Shown piece by piece: positions 42,533 through 55,530 of a DNA stretch of 64,000 nt; position 1 is the stretch's first letter, and the number at the start of each line of letters is the position of its first letter. This DNA is from a virus. Below the pieces are notes generated by a model, which had not been told where the DNA came from, searched no databases, and saw only the letters and a list, made by a program, of their open reading frames with translations. The position numbers and the translations under genes were made by a program. The stretch lies in IMG/VR virus record IMGVR_UViG_3300044712_000833, positions 65,716 through 129,715 of that record; one strand, written 5' to 3'.

Positions 42533-42596
42533 AATTTATCTCCTAAAATATAAGTATACCACAACATAGTAAATTTGTCAAGGAATCAAAAGGAGG

Positions 42597-43805
42597 CTAT
42601 GCGCCTCCTCCTGACATTATTTCTTCCGCCTGTCGAATAGTTTGTTCGTCAACTAAATTGTTTTGTACAATCCAGTCACGATTATCGACGATAAATCTCG
42701 CCAACTCTTTAGGAGGAATTACAGTTTGTTTGACTTCTTCAGTGTTCAAAAATCTATTATTTCGCTTGATAAAGTCTTTAATTAGAGTTCCATAATATTT
42801 TTTATTAGTTTCCTCCAAATCTTTTTCTGTAATCTTTCCTGATCCCAACAATAATTGTGCGTTATCAATTACAAATTTCTGTAATGCGGAGTAAGATGTT
42901 CCTAAAGCGACTCCAGCCGTTTCTGAGACAGTTTTGTTTGTAGGAATGTTTTCGTTTTGTAAATAATAATCGTTGATAAAATTATAAGCCATTTCAAATT
43001 TGCTTAGTTTTTTCTGTTGCTCCTGTTTCTGTTCTTGTTTGGGTTGTTGTTGAGATTGAGGGGATTGGGTGTTACCATAGACTCTATCACTTTTCTTGTG
43101 ACGAATGTTATAGTGAGAACTCACATAAGAATCTCTAGCGTCTTCTCTCCATCTCATATCTGCTTTTCTATGTTCGTATAATTTTTCATTCTTTTTAGAT
43201 GAAACATTATTCAAAATAAAACCAAGATTTTCAGATGAATAAAACGCGACAAGAGCAGAAGCACCTCCCGTAATAAGAGCCAAGACTATATTCATAAAGG
43301 CTTGCCAACCCTCACTAACTGTTACGATGCTGAAGCTAGAAAAAATACCCGCTGAAATAACTGTTACCAGAGATACAACCAAACCTGTTTTTGAGACTTC
43401 CATTTTTCCAGACTCCCTACCTTTAGTCAAGCCGTACCCAAGCAAAAACCCTTCAAAAGCTAAAAGAGCAAAAATCATTGATCCAAAACCAAGCACGTTC
43501 CCCAAAAAACTAAATTGGGAATCTAATCCAAACTTTTGAAAAAGAAGTTCCTCCAATAACCAGAATAACCCCCCTGTACGAATAGCACTCAATAGAGCAG
43601 AACCAATTGCAGACATAACAAACAAAGAAGACTCAAGACCTGCTAAACGCCAAAAACTAAGTTCTTCTGGAGTCGGGGGTTCAGGACGAGGAACATCTTT
43701 TTTGTAAATGTTGTTTAGATAAGCTTCAAACGCCTCATTGTCTTTTCGAAGTTCTTCTTCATAAATATTTCTTTCTTCTTGAGAAACAATATTTTCTTCA
43801 GTCAT
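42597..43805 (-). CDS. membrane protein with C-terminal helical/HTH-like region
   Basis: About four TM segments, Q-rich linker, PTNKTVSETAGVALGT. Confidence 0.7.
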   Translation of the reverse strand: MTEENIVSQEERNIYEEELRKDNEAFEAYLNNIYKKDVPRPEPPTPEELSFWRLAGLESSLFVMSAIGSALLSAIRTGGLFWLLEELLFQKFGLDSQFSFLGNVLGFGSMIFALLAFEGFLLGYGLTKGRESGKMEVSKTGLVVSLVTVISAGIFSSFSIVTVSEGWQAFMNIVLALITGGASALVAFYSSENLGFILNNVSSKKNEKLYEHRKADMRWREDARDSYVSSHYNIRHKKSDRVYGNTQSPQSQQQPKQEQKQEQQKKLSKFEMAYNFINDYYLQNENIPTNKTVSETAGVALGTSYSALQKFVIDNAQLLLGSGKITEKDLEETNKKYYGTLIKDFIKRNNRFLNTEEVKQTVIPPKELARFIVDNRDWIVQNNLVDEQTIRQAEEIMSGGGA

Positions 43806-44410
43806 TTATTATCCTTTAATTTTCTGATAGATTTATATTCGTAAAGTCTTCCTTTAGCCCACTCTGTATCAAGTATTAAATGTATTCCGTCCCCTATAAA
43901 CCATGCTGTAAATTGAGATAGAACATATTGAGGAAACCATTTTTCCATAGCAAACGAATGGTATATGCTTACAGTCCGTATCCAACTCCAATTAACTAAT
44001 CCATAAGAATAAATACCATAAAACAATAACATAACAGGGATATTGTAAAATATCATTCTTCCGATTGTTCCGAGAATAAAGCCATGTGACAAAGGCGATC
44101 TATGCCCTCCAAAGAGTCCTATAATGTAAGCGTATATAAACGTGTACGCAACGAATAAAGCACCCAAAAAACCCAAATAAAATTTTCTTGTAAATCTGAG
44201 TACTCTGCCCTCAGAACTCGTTAAGCCCAACTGATCTGCATCAGGATCAATTATTTCACATAAAAGAAAATTCAAATATAAAAATAGAGCGTACAAGTAC
44301 GAATTGTTATCCCCTGCTACAAAAAGAAAAATCCAAAGTATTAAACCAAGAGGGATGATAACATACCATCCCATTCTTAAATATTTATTATGTACATCAC
44401 CAGAAGCCAT
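43802..44410 (-). CDS. membrane metal-binding hydrolase (DUF2227-like)
   Basis: MASGDVH, DPDAD, HRSPLSH, HLILD. Confidence 0.75.
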   Translation of the reverse strand: MASGDVHNKYLRMGWYVIIPLGLILWIFLFVAGDNNSYLYALFLYLNFLLCEIIDPDADQLGLTSSEGRVLRFTRKFYLGFLGALFVAYTFIYAYIIGLFGGHRSPLSHGFILGTIGRMIFYNIPVMLLFYGIYSYGLVNWSWIRTVSIYHSFAMEKWFPQYVLSQFTAWFIGDGIHLILDTEWAKGRLYEYKSIRKLKDNK

Positions 44411-44815
44411 TAAGTCATTTTAACCTCGTAATTCATAAAATAACTATTTTATTTATATTTAACAACTAACGCAACAATTATAACAATCATTCCTAAAACC
44501 GCTGGAACATACATGTCGTCCATTTCAAATTCAAAACTACCAAGTTTGATTTTCATCTAGTTTCTCTTTCCACAATAAGGACATACCGCAAAACCATCCT
44601 CATACTGAACAGTAAACAAATTAAATCTGTTACCACATCCCCGTCTCCTATTGCCACCACACCAAGCGAGTTCTAATTTATCGTTTGGTACGGTGACTTG
44701 TAACAATTGTTCGTTTGTTGGTTCAATTAAATTTTCTTCATCCAACATTAAGATTGCTTCTTTAATATGTTCTTGAATAAGAGCTTTTGCATTCATTTTA
44801 TTTTCCTTCTTGATT

Positions 44816-45808
44816 TTAGAAATATAGTGTTTTTAATTTTTCATCTATGAAAAATATTGCTTCTTCGAGTGTTTTTATTTTTCTTAAATCTACTTCTATA
44901 TATGTTCCGTTTTTACGAGCAAATCTGCGCTTAAGTCTGTCTCTGTGTTTTTGATTTTCAAATTCTTCCTCTGAACTTGTTCCTTTTTTCTTTGCCGATT
45001 GTTTATGCCTTTGTTCAATCATATAATGCTGTTTCCAATGAACTTCAATGTAAATCCCGTTGATTGTTTGATCTTTTCCACCAAAAATATAAATGTCAAA
45101 AGGAAGAGGACGATTTGTTTCAGGATTTTTAAAAATAGGATATTCTTCTTCTGCATGATGTTTATTAAGAATATACCGTTTTAGCCCAGTGGCTATTTTT
45201 GATTCTTGTTGATTATTAGAACATTTTTTACAACCACTACCCATATTTGTTCGGTTATTAACAGATGAATAATAATCATGTCCGTTGGGACATAACCACC
45301 AAACCTCTTTATTTACTCCATATGTAATATCAAAAGGAGTCAAATTTCCGTTCTTGGTTGGATGCCACTCCGAGGCTATTTCTGGAAACTGAACAGCCAG
45401 ATCATGATATATTCCAACCTGATCCCCTGAACATATTGGACATCCTCTTTTTTGATAAATCTTATTCCAAGAAATTTTTGGATAATCTTTGCATTTTTTA
45501 CAGTAAAAATTTAATTTTAAAGAACTTCCTTTATATTCATTATTTTCCAATAATTTAAATTGACTATTATTCAATTCTAACCATAAAGGAATGTTATGAG
45601 ATAAGGTGAATGGATTTTCTTTATGAACAAAACTTATATTTTTACTTTTTAAAATTTTTATCGATGTTACATCATATCTGTATCCGTTTTTATCTTCTAC
45701 TACAACCCTATTGGCTTGATTGTGTATATAACCATAGATATATTTATAATTAAAAGATTCGACAAGTTCTTTTATTTCTTCGTCAGTTCTCTTTTTACCA
45801 GAAGACAT
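44816..45808 (-). CDS. Zn-ribbon-repeat endonuclease (homing-type)
   Basis: GCPIC, PEIASEWHPTKN, VWWLC, LPFD.Y, IEV. Confidence 0.75.
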   Translation of the reverse strand: MSSGKKRTDEEIKELVESFNYKYIYGYIHNQANRVVVEDKNGYRYDVTSIKILKSKNISFVHKENPFTLSHNIPLWLELNNSQFKLLENNEYKGSSLKLNFYCKKCKDYPKISWNKIYQKRGCPICSGDQVGIYHDLAVQFPEIASEWHPTKNGNLTPFDITYGVNKEVWWLCPNGHDYYSSVNNRTNMGSGCKKCSNNQQESKIATGLKRYILNKHHAEEEYPIFKNPETNRPLPFDIYIFGGKDQTINGIYIEVHWKQHYMIEQRHKQSAKKKGTSSEEEFENQKHRDRLKRRFARKNGTYIEVDLRKIKTLEEAIFFIDEKLKTLYF

Positions 45809-46451
45809 TTTAAATTTTATTTTCCAATCTTTTTGATTTGATAATTCATTTCGTCTTCTGAAATAACACTAAACTTTCTAAGCCACTTCAAAACAGGAGG
45901 TACAGAAATTCCAGTATATATAATGCTTTTAGTAGATATTTTTACTGCATTATAATATACTGCGTCTGTCCCAAAAACAGCTTGCCATTCAGGATCAGTT
46001 TGCTCTACAATAGCGTATTCTTTATTTGGTGTTTCGTAAATAATTTTCATTCTTCCTCTTCAACGTCATTTATAAACCGATAAGGAACCCAATCGAAATT
46101 GAAATCTAGTTTTTCTTCCCATACAGCCCATTCTAACCAACGCTTTTCAGTATAAATACTCAACGGAAAATATAAGAATCCACTTTTAATTCTAGTATCA
46201 CCAACTCGATATTTCATTCAACCTCCACTGTATTTTCTTCTTCTCTATTGTAACCCAATAATTGTAAACAAGAATTTATAGGAATATATCTAACGCATTC
46301 CTGATATTTAACATTCCAAACCCCACTATTATCTAAATGAACTGATCCAATAAAAATTCCTTGCCTGTAAACTAAACAAAGCCAGCCGTTTACAGCCATG
46401 TATTCGTAAATCTTTCCTTCAATCATATTTCTCCTTTATAAAATAGCACTT

Positions 46452-47015
46452 TTATTCATTGCTTATCCAAGAAAAATCGGTATTCAAACTATTATATTTC
46501 CATTTATAATGACTTCTCTGGTCTCTTGGAAAATATAATTTCTTCGGAGATTCTTTAGATAAATCTAAATCTATCAAATCTTTCCAATACCAATCATCAG
46601 ATTCTTTTACATGAAAAACAACTTTTATATCTATTTCTTCGTATTCCAAAAGTTTCAAATAATCATGAAACTGATCTTCAGGTATTGTTACGAACAAATC
46701 ATTTCCGTCTTTATATAGTTTTGTATAACTTTTCACTTCTATCCTAAGTATTACACTTCCGCTTTCTTCTAAAACTTCTATATCTGGACAAACAAGAAGT
46801 ATGCCCCTAAATGTTTCGATTAACTGTCCGCCCTTCCCGTTAAGTTCAGAATAATATATTTTCGCTATTCTTCCTGCGTTTTTAAGGTTTTGAAGAAATT
46901 TATACTCGGACTCTTTTCCTCTTTCAAGATTTTCTCTATATCTTTTATTTGACATAAGGTTCTTTATAAACAGAATAGTTTTTGAATGTTGAAACCCTAC
47001 TTTTAAAATCATCAA
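46452..47015 (-). CDS. PD-(D/E)XK nuclease-like protein
   Basis: CPDIE...IEVKS; resembles 38584-39099. Confidence 0.7.
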   Translation of the reverse strand: MMILKVGFQHSKTILFIKNLMSNKRYRENLERGKESEYKFLQNLKNAGRIAKIYYSELNGKGGQLIETFRGILLVCPDIEVLEESGSVILRIEVKSYTKLYKDGNDLFVTIPEDQFHDYLKLLEYEEIDIKVVFHVKESDDWYWKDLIDLDLSKESPKKLYFPRDQRSHYKWKYNSLNTDFSWISNE

Positions 47016-47326
47016 TTATGGTAAAGTCTTTTGGAATATTTATATCGATATCCATGTGAGAAATAAATATATTCGTCCAAACTTCTCTCAAATGACTTTC
47101 AAATACCTCCAAAATTAAAGAAGACGGATTATTAATTTTTTTAGATAGGTATTTTTTTATTAAACCATCCAGTCTAATGTAATCTTTTACAGTTTCATCT
47201 GATATAATCTTAGAATGATAAGATGAAAAAACCCAAGTAGAAAGACCATCTGAAAGATAAAGAATCATTCCAATATTTTTTATATTATCCTCAATCATAT
47301 TTCTCCTTATGAATAAAAGTCAAATT

Positions 47327-48350
47327 TTATCCATTAATGTCTTTAAGCAAAACCTCAGCCATTTGATTCATACGAGTAGCACGTTGCCCCATTAAAATAC
47401 TCAGATTAGCAGGTTTCTTTTCCATCTGTCCATAATTAAAGTATTCGGTCGCAGAGTTGAACAATCCCCAATAATCCTGAGTAATAGCAGTACCTTGACC
47501 AGCAAACAAACTATAAATTCCATCTCGATACTGAGTCATAAGTTTCTTTTCCGTTTCCAACTTTTCTTCCTTGCTTGCGCGAAGTTTAGTCGGATAATCT
47601 TCAGGAAGAGGTTTCGGATCAGGATAAGCAGTAAACAAAAGACGGTAGACTTCTTTCTCTTCAATGAGAGGGACTTTAGTAAGTTGTTTGAAAAACGAAT
47701 TTGTCAACTCAACTTGCTTCTTAGTGCTAGATTGAACATGATTCATCCATTCACCAAGTTCAAACTTCATATTCTTGGACGTATGCTTCCCTGCATATAT
47801 ACGACCCTTGTTTGACTTCTTTTCCTGCATGGCTTCAGCAATAGCCGCAAGTCCAAGTGTTTTGACAAACAACACGAGTCGTTACAACATTCAGGCTTGC
47901 TCCCATCACGCCGTCAAATCCAATGGCACAAAAACCATACCATTGAACAACATCATCTTTTACAACTTCAGTTTCAGGAAGTTTCCAAGTAAGAAAAAGA
48001 CGTTCTCCTTTTCCTAACATACCAAGAGTCTCAACCGGTTCAGAAACTTTTTGGTCAAATAATTCTACGGCATCTAGAGGTTGAAGAATATTGTATCGGT
48101 CAGTTGTATATCCGAAAACACGTTCTTTAGGGTCATCAGGAAGAGCAGAACGAACAATTGCAAAATCACCCGTTTCGGTTGGAATATCGTTGAGAGTCAC
48201 AGTTACAGGGCGTTTTTCAATCCAATAACCACCACCCAAAGCGGTTAGGGCTTCAACCCCTGTTTGATCTTCTTTAGAAACCACACCTAAACCATGCCAA
48301 GCAGGTTCTCGATTTCCATAAAAACGCTGTCCAAAAATGTTATGAGCCAT
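47327..48350 (-). pseudogene. DUF932-family phage/plasmid protein split by a frameshift near 47852
   Basis: MAHN..REPAWHGLG...RVVCQNTW, then in another frame LAAIAEA...WGLFNSATEY. Confidence 0.8.
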
Positions 48351-48886
48351 TTATTTTCTCCTGTTTGTTTATTGATTATACAATAATTATAAAACAGTTA
48401 TTTAGATTTGTCAAGGTTTCTGAAAAACTCATCTATCAAATCTTTTATGTACGATCCATTTTCAACTGTTTCCTGAACGTTTTTAAAATCAGGATACCAA
48501 TATCCAATTACAGAACTATAGTTTTGAGGGTTCAAATACCATTTTTTATTGATAACAACTATAGAAACCTCGTCGTCTTCCATTTCGGTGACAAAAGAAA
48601 AGCTTAACCAATATTGATTTTCGGATAATAATTTTAACATGTTTATAAAACCCTTATTTTATTTAAAATTCTGAGACTCGTATACCTTATCGCCCAACAT
48701 CCACAAAAAGAGACCGATAAGGGGAAAAATCAAACCAATAATTGTAACAACTCCTCCAATAAAATTACTATCTAAATCGAGCAACATTTTTATGTATCCC
48801 GCTGTAAAAATTATTGGTAAAATTCTAAAAATAAATAGTGTCAAAATTTTATTATTCATTTGTTCTCCATAAAAGCATCCTTTTAT

Positions 48887-49576
48887 TTATTTCCTTTTCT
48901 CATTTGTTGGCTTCAGCCAGATTGATCCAGAAAAACAAGCCTTAGCCAACAAAGGATAATCACTAAAGAGTTTCATTGTATCGAAGGTATTCGACGCGAA
49001 CATTTTATGAACTTCGTTTTGAATTCGTTCTTCTGAAACCATCTTGAGTCTATCCATCCAGCCATGAGAGGTAAAAAAGTACATAATATCTGAGTCAACA
49101 CTCATGTCTTTTGTAATAGAAAATCTCAATGCTCTAAGGAGTCGAAGGGAATCCTTTATCATTTTGTCTCTAGTATCGCCTACACATCGTATAAAACGAC
49201 GACTAATATCACTAACTCCCCCGAATGGGTCAATGATTTCCCCTGTCTCAACGTTTCTGGCGATGGCGTTCATTGTAAAATCTCGCCTAGCAAGATCATC
49301 AAAAATGTCTCCTTCTTCGACATAATCAGGACGACGACCATCCGAGTAAGTTCCGTCTTTCCTACAAAGAACAAAGTCAGCCGCGATTTCATTTACGTTA
49401 GCCCGAATAGTAAAATATTCAGGACTTTCTAAATATATTTTTCCACCCTCGGCAATTATGTAATCGCGCATTGCTTCATAAGAGGGTGCTTCTACTGCAT
49501 AATCAACATCTTTATTTTGCAAACCCATAAACTCATCTCTGAGTTTTCCACCAACTTCATATACTTTAATTTTCAT
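48887..49576 (-). CDS. tRNA nucleotidyltransferase / poly(A) polymerase family
   Basis: VGG.LRD, DVDY, DLARRDFTMNA, DPFGG, D.LR.LRA.RF, ERI..E. Confidence 0.93.
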   Translation of the reverse strand: MKIKVYEVGGKLRDEFMGLQNKDVDYAVEAPSYEAMRDYIIAEGGKIYLESPEYFTIRANVNEIAADFVLCRKDGTYSDGRRPDYVEEGDIFDDLARRDFTMNAIARNVETGEIIDPFGGVSDISRRFIRCVGDTRDKMIKDSLRLLRALRFSITKDMSVDSDIMYFFTSHGWMDRLKMVSEERIQNEVHKMFASNTFDTMKLFSDYPLLAKACFSGSIWLKPTNEKRK

Positions 49577-52500
49577 TTAATCCTCAAAATAATACAAATT
49601 ATGTTTCTTGACAATTTCATCAACATACTTTTTTAGAAATTCTCTGGCTTGTTCGTCGTTTTCAGGAATGTACTTTAAAGTAATCCACTCGAAATTAGGT
49701 TTTCCTTCAATTTCTTTATTGACTGATAATTTTATACGAATTCTTTTATCGCTACTGCTCCAATTCGGGTGAGCAATATATCCGCACACTTTACCGTTAA
49801 TTTTAATATCAATGTCTGGATCACCAGCCCCAACTGATGCTAAACCCGTTACTTCTGGATGCTTTTTGAAACGAATTTTATTTTTCATAATATTAATTAT
49901 AAGCGAAAAACCCTTGCTTGTCAAGGGTTTAACAAATGTTTCTTTGAACCACATTCCATACATAAATATAGCTTTTTACTGTAAATTCTTCTCTTCCATC
50001 GTGCGCCCTCATAGCCTCTAAAAGACTCGTGTAACCATGTCTAGGAAGTTCTTTTAAATTCTCTAATTCGGATATTCGAACAACAAAGTAAAGTTCATGA
50101 ACAATTACAGGAGTCATTTTCATTCCTTTATAAAACAGTGATTTTATTTATGTTCTTTGCAGATGCCCCAACGCCAGTATTTAGGGACTATTTGATCCGA
50201 AATCCATTTTCCACACAAGCCGCAATGACAGCCCGTAACTAAATCATCGACTTGGTAATATCCGTAATCGTTTAAGATAGACTTAATCTTATTTTTTATA
50301 AAACTAAAAACATTCATAATATTCTGATCCTATAAAATTACCATTTTATTCATATGCAAGTTTCTGTCTAACAAATTCATTCACAGAAATTTCTTTTACC
50401 AGCCATTTACGAAAACGACCTTTCACTTGTTCAAAAGACGTTCCTAAAACCCATCGTGTTTCAACTTGATTAGTGACCATAAAGCATTTTTTACCTTCAG
50501 CTAAAGCCCGAAGAATGTTATAGTGTTTCATATTTATTCCTCCACATAGATAAAATGCTAGTTTTATTATGACTCATATTCTAAATGAGAAATTTCTTTG
50601 TAATCTTCAGGTGGTTGAGTCGATAAACTAAATTCTATTCCAAAAGTTTTAGCATATCTGTCTCCACCATATTTAACAATTCGTATGTCAGAAGATTCCA
50701 AATTTGGAAAATCTTGTTTAGCAACGGAAACTAATCCTTCGAATTTATCATACTGTGATCCATAATTAGATTCTCGTATGACAAAATGATAATCACCATT
50801 TTTTGCAGGGCAAAATTCTTTAATTAACATTATTTACTCTCCCAAATTTCGCCCGACAATATACCATCTTTGATTTCGTCCGATCCAAATTCGATAGTAA
50901 CAGAAGAGAAGAAACCAGCATCAAGAATTTTTACATATAGAGTTGCAGAATGTTCAGTGATTGTTTCATACCCAACAACCTTAAATTTCATGTTACCTGT
51001 TTGATAAACTTTATCTTTCATTTTTTCGTAGTTCATTCTTCGTCTCCGCTTGGGATATAGAATTCGTCGGTATATTCTGTAAAGTCACGTTTAGCAATTA
51101 AATTTCGCCCTTCATCTGTATTAATATAATTCCAAACCCTATCAACCAGAGTTTCAGGATCATTGGCTGTAAAAATCATAGGCGATGAGGGGTAGGGAAA
51201 TCGAACAGAGTAATTATTATGAGTAGTAAGTTCACTAACAAGAGCATGTTCGCAAACATAATTAATGATAGTTGACTTTTCCATTTTGTTTATCCTTAAT
51301 AAAATTTATGTTTTATTCGTTTACCAGTCTTCTTCGTCTTCAAATTCATCAACAGAATCTAATTCATCATCTCCATTTTGATTTTCAATTTCTTCCCATT
51401 CAATATCGGGAAAATAAATAACTACTCCCAGCCCCATAGAGTCCGATTTTGCCCCCATAAAAAGAGGAGTAATATCTTCCAATTCAATACCATCATCATG
51501 AGATTCAACATAGGATTGAATAGCTTCTGCAATGGATAAGAAAGCGTCAAACCCATTTTCCCCACTTTCAAGATTGAAAGACAAGCATTTCTTTCCGTAC
51601 ACTCCGCGACCAGAATATGATTGTGTTTCAAATCCCGCATCTTCTACAATATCTTGCAAATCTGAAAAATTCATTTTGATTCTCCTGTTATTTTTTTTGT
51701 TTTATCAAATTTCGCCCAATAAAAGAATACTTTTATTCATCCGCTACATGTATCTCAAGACTTTCCCAAAACTCTAATTTTTCAGTTGTTTCAGTTCCCT
51801 TTTCAACCTGTGTCACATATACCAAAATCCGAGGAGAGTCTTTTTCAGGAAATTGCTGAAACAATTTTACATTATAAAAAGTCTTTCTTGAGCCATCCAA
51901 TTCTTCCAATATTAACTTCATAATTCATCCTTTACATAAAATACAGATTTTATGTGTTAAAAAGAAGTGAAACAAACGATTCTCTTCCACAATTAAAGCA
52001 ATCTTTGTTGTAAACATTGTTTTCTTCGTCACAAAAAACACAAATCTTTGTAAGGTCTTCAGATTCGACACTCTTCCACGTAGTATATTCTTCCTTTTGC
52101 CAAAAATAGAATTCGCCTCTTAGAGAATGAGAATTATAATCACTTACTCTTTCTCTCGCTTCTTCCTCTGTTTCAACATTTTCCGCACCCCATTTTCCAT
52201 ACTCGTCTAACATCCAAATAGCATAAGGTTTCATTTTCATTTATCCTATTCGTTGATAATGCAAGCCAAACAGGTTACTTTGAAGGGGCATTTGTTACAA
52301 TTTTCGCCCGTTTCATTTACATAAAAATCTTTCGACTGATCCAAAGTTGCATTTGGTAAAAGTTCTCCGTTTGCAATCAACGTTGAAAGGCAGAGAATAT
52401 CTTCAATACTTTCGGCGTTTTCAATCTTAGGATGAGTAACGGTTAGAGTCTTTACGTTTGTCATTTTAGTTTTCCTTGTTTTCAATTTTCGCCCTTTGAA

Positions 52501-54505
52501 GAAGAAATCGGGCTTTTTCTTTGGCTTGAGATTCGTCATCCCAAAAACCTACAATGTCTTTTGGGTCAAGACCACCTTTGTATTGATTACAGAGTCCTTC
52601 GGTCAAATCCGTTTGAAAGCAAATGTCTTCCAGTGTTGAATTTTTGTTCGGTTTGGTTACAACCCAAAGGCGAGATATTTTCATTTGATCCTCTTTTAAT
52701 AAAACCTTGATTTTATAAATTAAATATTTATTGTTGAAAACTCAACACTATAGCCAAGTAATTGCAACTCAGTTTTCAACCACATAGCTACTTTCATAGC
52801 CGATTTCTTGTTCTTGAAAAAGCAATCGCCATCATCAAATTTTCCGCTATTTTCAACAACCTTTTTATGAAAAGAATCGTTTCCTAAGATGACATCAGGA
52901 TTAGCTACGAAAACGTCTTCAAATCCATCATCGTCTAAATAATATTTGTTTCCGTTTTCATCTCGATTATTATCCAAGCAAATACTTACGCAGTAAATAT
53001 TATCCCCAGACTTTGCCTTTGGAAATAGAGTCTCTAAACTCCCCCAATTTTCCAATCTTTCACAGGAAACAGATAAATCAATATTGTTCAAGAATTGTTT
53101 TCCTTGATAATTCATTTGAGACTCCTTTTGTTTATCTGAATAAAATCCTCATTTTATCGATTAGAGTTCTCCCGGCTGTCTTCCAAAGCCGAAAATAGTC
53201 CAAACTTTATCCATAAATTTCGATTTTGTCATACTGCTTACTTCACCAGCACCAGATACAAAAATCGTAAGTGTTCCGTCTTTACAGTCCGAACTAGGGG
53301 AAAAATTCAATCTGATTTCTTGATTGATATTGTTTCTTTTAATCTTTACAACAACTTCTCCCGTATTAACATCTCTGCTAACTTTCATGTCTGAGTTTGT
53401 TGGATAATCTGCCATTTTTATTCTCCTTATTCATTGATATAATAATTATAGCACACTACTAAATAAAAAGCAATAGAAAATTTCGCATATATTAATTGCA
53501 ATTTTCGCCCGATAATATTAAGCCAGTGTAGACATTGTATTTATTATTAGGAGTCCTAACAACTCTAGCGCGACCATAAACGATAGGTTCACCGAGTCCG
53601 TTGTTTTCTTTTTCAGTCCAGACATCAACCTCATCAAACAAAAGTAGAATTTCATCCAGAGAATAAAACTTAAATGTTTGCCCCGCATTTAGTTTGTGAG
53701 AAGTGAAAATTTGCGCCATTGTTTTATCCAAAGATAACGAGAGAAAAACCAATGCCAAATAACACAACAATCGCAATTACAAAAATAGTTGTTCCCATAT
53801 TTTATCCTTTTACATAACCTTCTTGAATTAGAAATTTTTCAAAATTAGCCAGTTTCTTTTTATTCTTGAAAATTTTTATATCAAAGAAAGGACTCCCGTC
53901 ATTGTGAGTTTTATATCCGTCATGAAAGTTGACAAGATACTTACACTTGGCGACCCCATACATTATGTTATATGTTTTGTCCATAAAATGATCCTTTTAT
54001 TCGTTTACGACTTTGAAGATAGAAATTTCAGATAGCAAAATTTCTTCTTTGCTACCAACATACAGGGAAATTGTTATCATATTGTACCCATAATGAATCT
54101 CTTCTACATTAAGTATGGTTTCCTGATTTCCATTTTTGTAAGAAATGTGAATTAACATATTTTCTCCTAGAAAATTTCGCCCGATATAAACGTTAACTTT
54201 GATCCAAAAACCTGCATGATTTCAAAATACTTTTCTTTATAAATTACAGGGTCATAAATGTCATAACTAACCGACTGAGGTAACCATGACCAGAGATTAT
54301 TACAAACTGAACGCAAGTATTCATCTATTTTTTGACCTGTTTTATCGTCAGTACGATATTCTTCAAATTTCTTAGTCTCAAGATTGAACAATCGAATTAC
54401 CCAAAAGGTAACACCGTTCTTATTTATAGGATTAACTGTCATTGTAAATTCGTTTTGGTCAATCATTATATTTTCTCCATATATAAAAGATTACTTTTAT
54501 TAATA

Positions 54506-54988
54506 TCAAACCGCCATATCCTTTACAATCTCATCTTGCCCCATATCTAGCAAGACTTCCTTAAGTTTCGCATAGAATTCAGCCCGACCATTATCATACA
54601 GGCTAATACCCATTTCACGGACAATATCAGCGGCGTAGTGGATGGTAATCATGTGAATTTGTTTTTCAGTCAGAACATCCCCAAAGTCTGCGAGAAATTC
54701 CATATTACCTGAAGAGTAATTTGCATTCCAGCCAGCAGATTCAATGTGTTCAGTATCAGAGTCAATGTACAATACTTTCAAGGTATCATAGGTTGACTTC
54801 TTAGGGGCATTCCAGAATTCGCCAGCCTTGCGAGGATCGGTAGTTTGCCGAACAACGCGCATACCCTTTTTCTTGTCTGATTCAATCCAGACACGCATTT
54901 TACAGCGCAAACGAAAACCAAAGGGGTAATCTTCAATAATAAAGGCGGTATCTTCTGAAGTGTGAATTTGTTCTAATAGTTGTTTCAT
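54506..54988 (-). CDS. hypothetical phage protein
   Basis: 160-aa ORF, DYPFGFRLRC..R.WIE..WNAPKKSTY. Confidence 0.75.
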   Translation of the reverse strand: MKQLLEQIHTSEDTAFIIEDYPFGFRLRCKMRVWIESDKKKGMRVVRQTTDPRKAGEFWNAPKKSTYDTLKVLYIDSDTEHIESAGWNANYSSGNMEFLADFGDVLTEKQIHMITIHYAADIVREMGISLYDNGRAEFYAKLKEVLLDMGQDEIVKDMAV

Positions 54989-55067
54989 TTGTTTAGTCTC
55001 CTGTTTTTATTGATACATCTATTATAATCGATTTTCGCCCTAGTAACATTGCAAATTCATTGCAAAA

Positions 55068-55432
55068 TTATTCAATAAACAATTTTTCATTTTCTACCCA
55101 AGCGGATTTTTCGCCCATTGAACGAGCAATATCAGAAAATAAATCAGCACAGTCTCCCCAAATTTCAGGGCGATCCCAAAAACCAACACCGTGACCATTG
55201 CGAGTCAACCAAAAATCATGACCCATTTGGTTCATAATCTCTTGATTGCTCCAATCAATAATGAAAGTTTTCTTTTTGTATTCCTCATTAGTCAATATTT
55301 TTTCAATAAATGAGTAGCAATCTTGATAAGTTGATTTCCATGAATCAACATCGAAACCGCTTCAAAATATGCCCCCATAATTGAAAGAGCCTTATTTGTA
55401 TCATTTGGTGCATGGGACGGGTTTTTATTCAT
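55068..55432 (-). pseudogene. frameshifted phage gene (GHDFWLTRNGHG family)
   Basis: ATG 55432 frame reads ...AYFEAV; the C-terminal frame GFDVDSW...GHDFWLTRNGHG has no start of its own. Confidence 0.55.
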
Positions 55433-55530
55433 AAAACTCCTTTATTTTGTTATAATATAATTATACCAAATATCTTTATAAATTGCAAGAGCAAATTTCG
55501 CATAGAATAATTGCAGATTCATATTAAAAA

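Noticed and set aside
43010-43070. Short repeats encoding QQQPKQEQKQEQQ
   Set aside because: Low-complexity protein linker, not a DNA repeat element.
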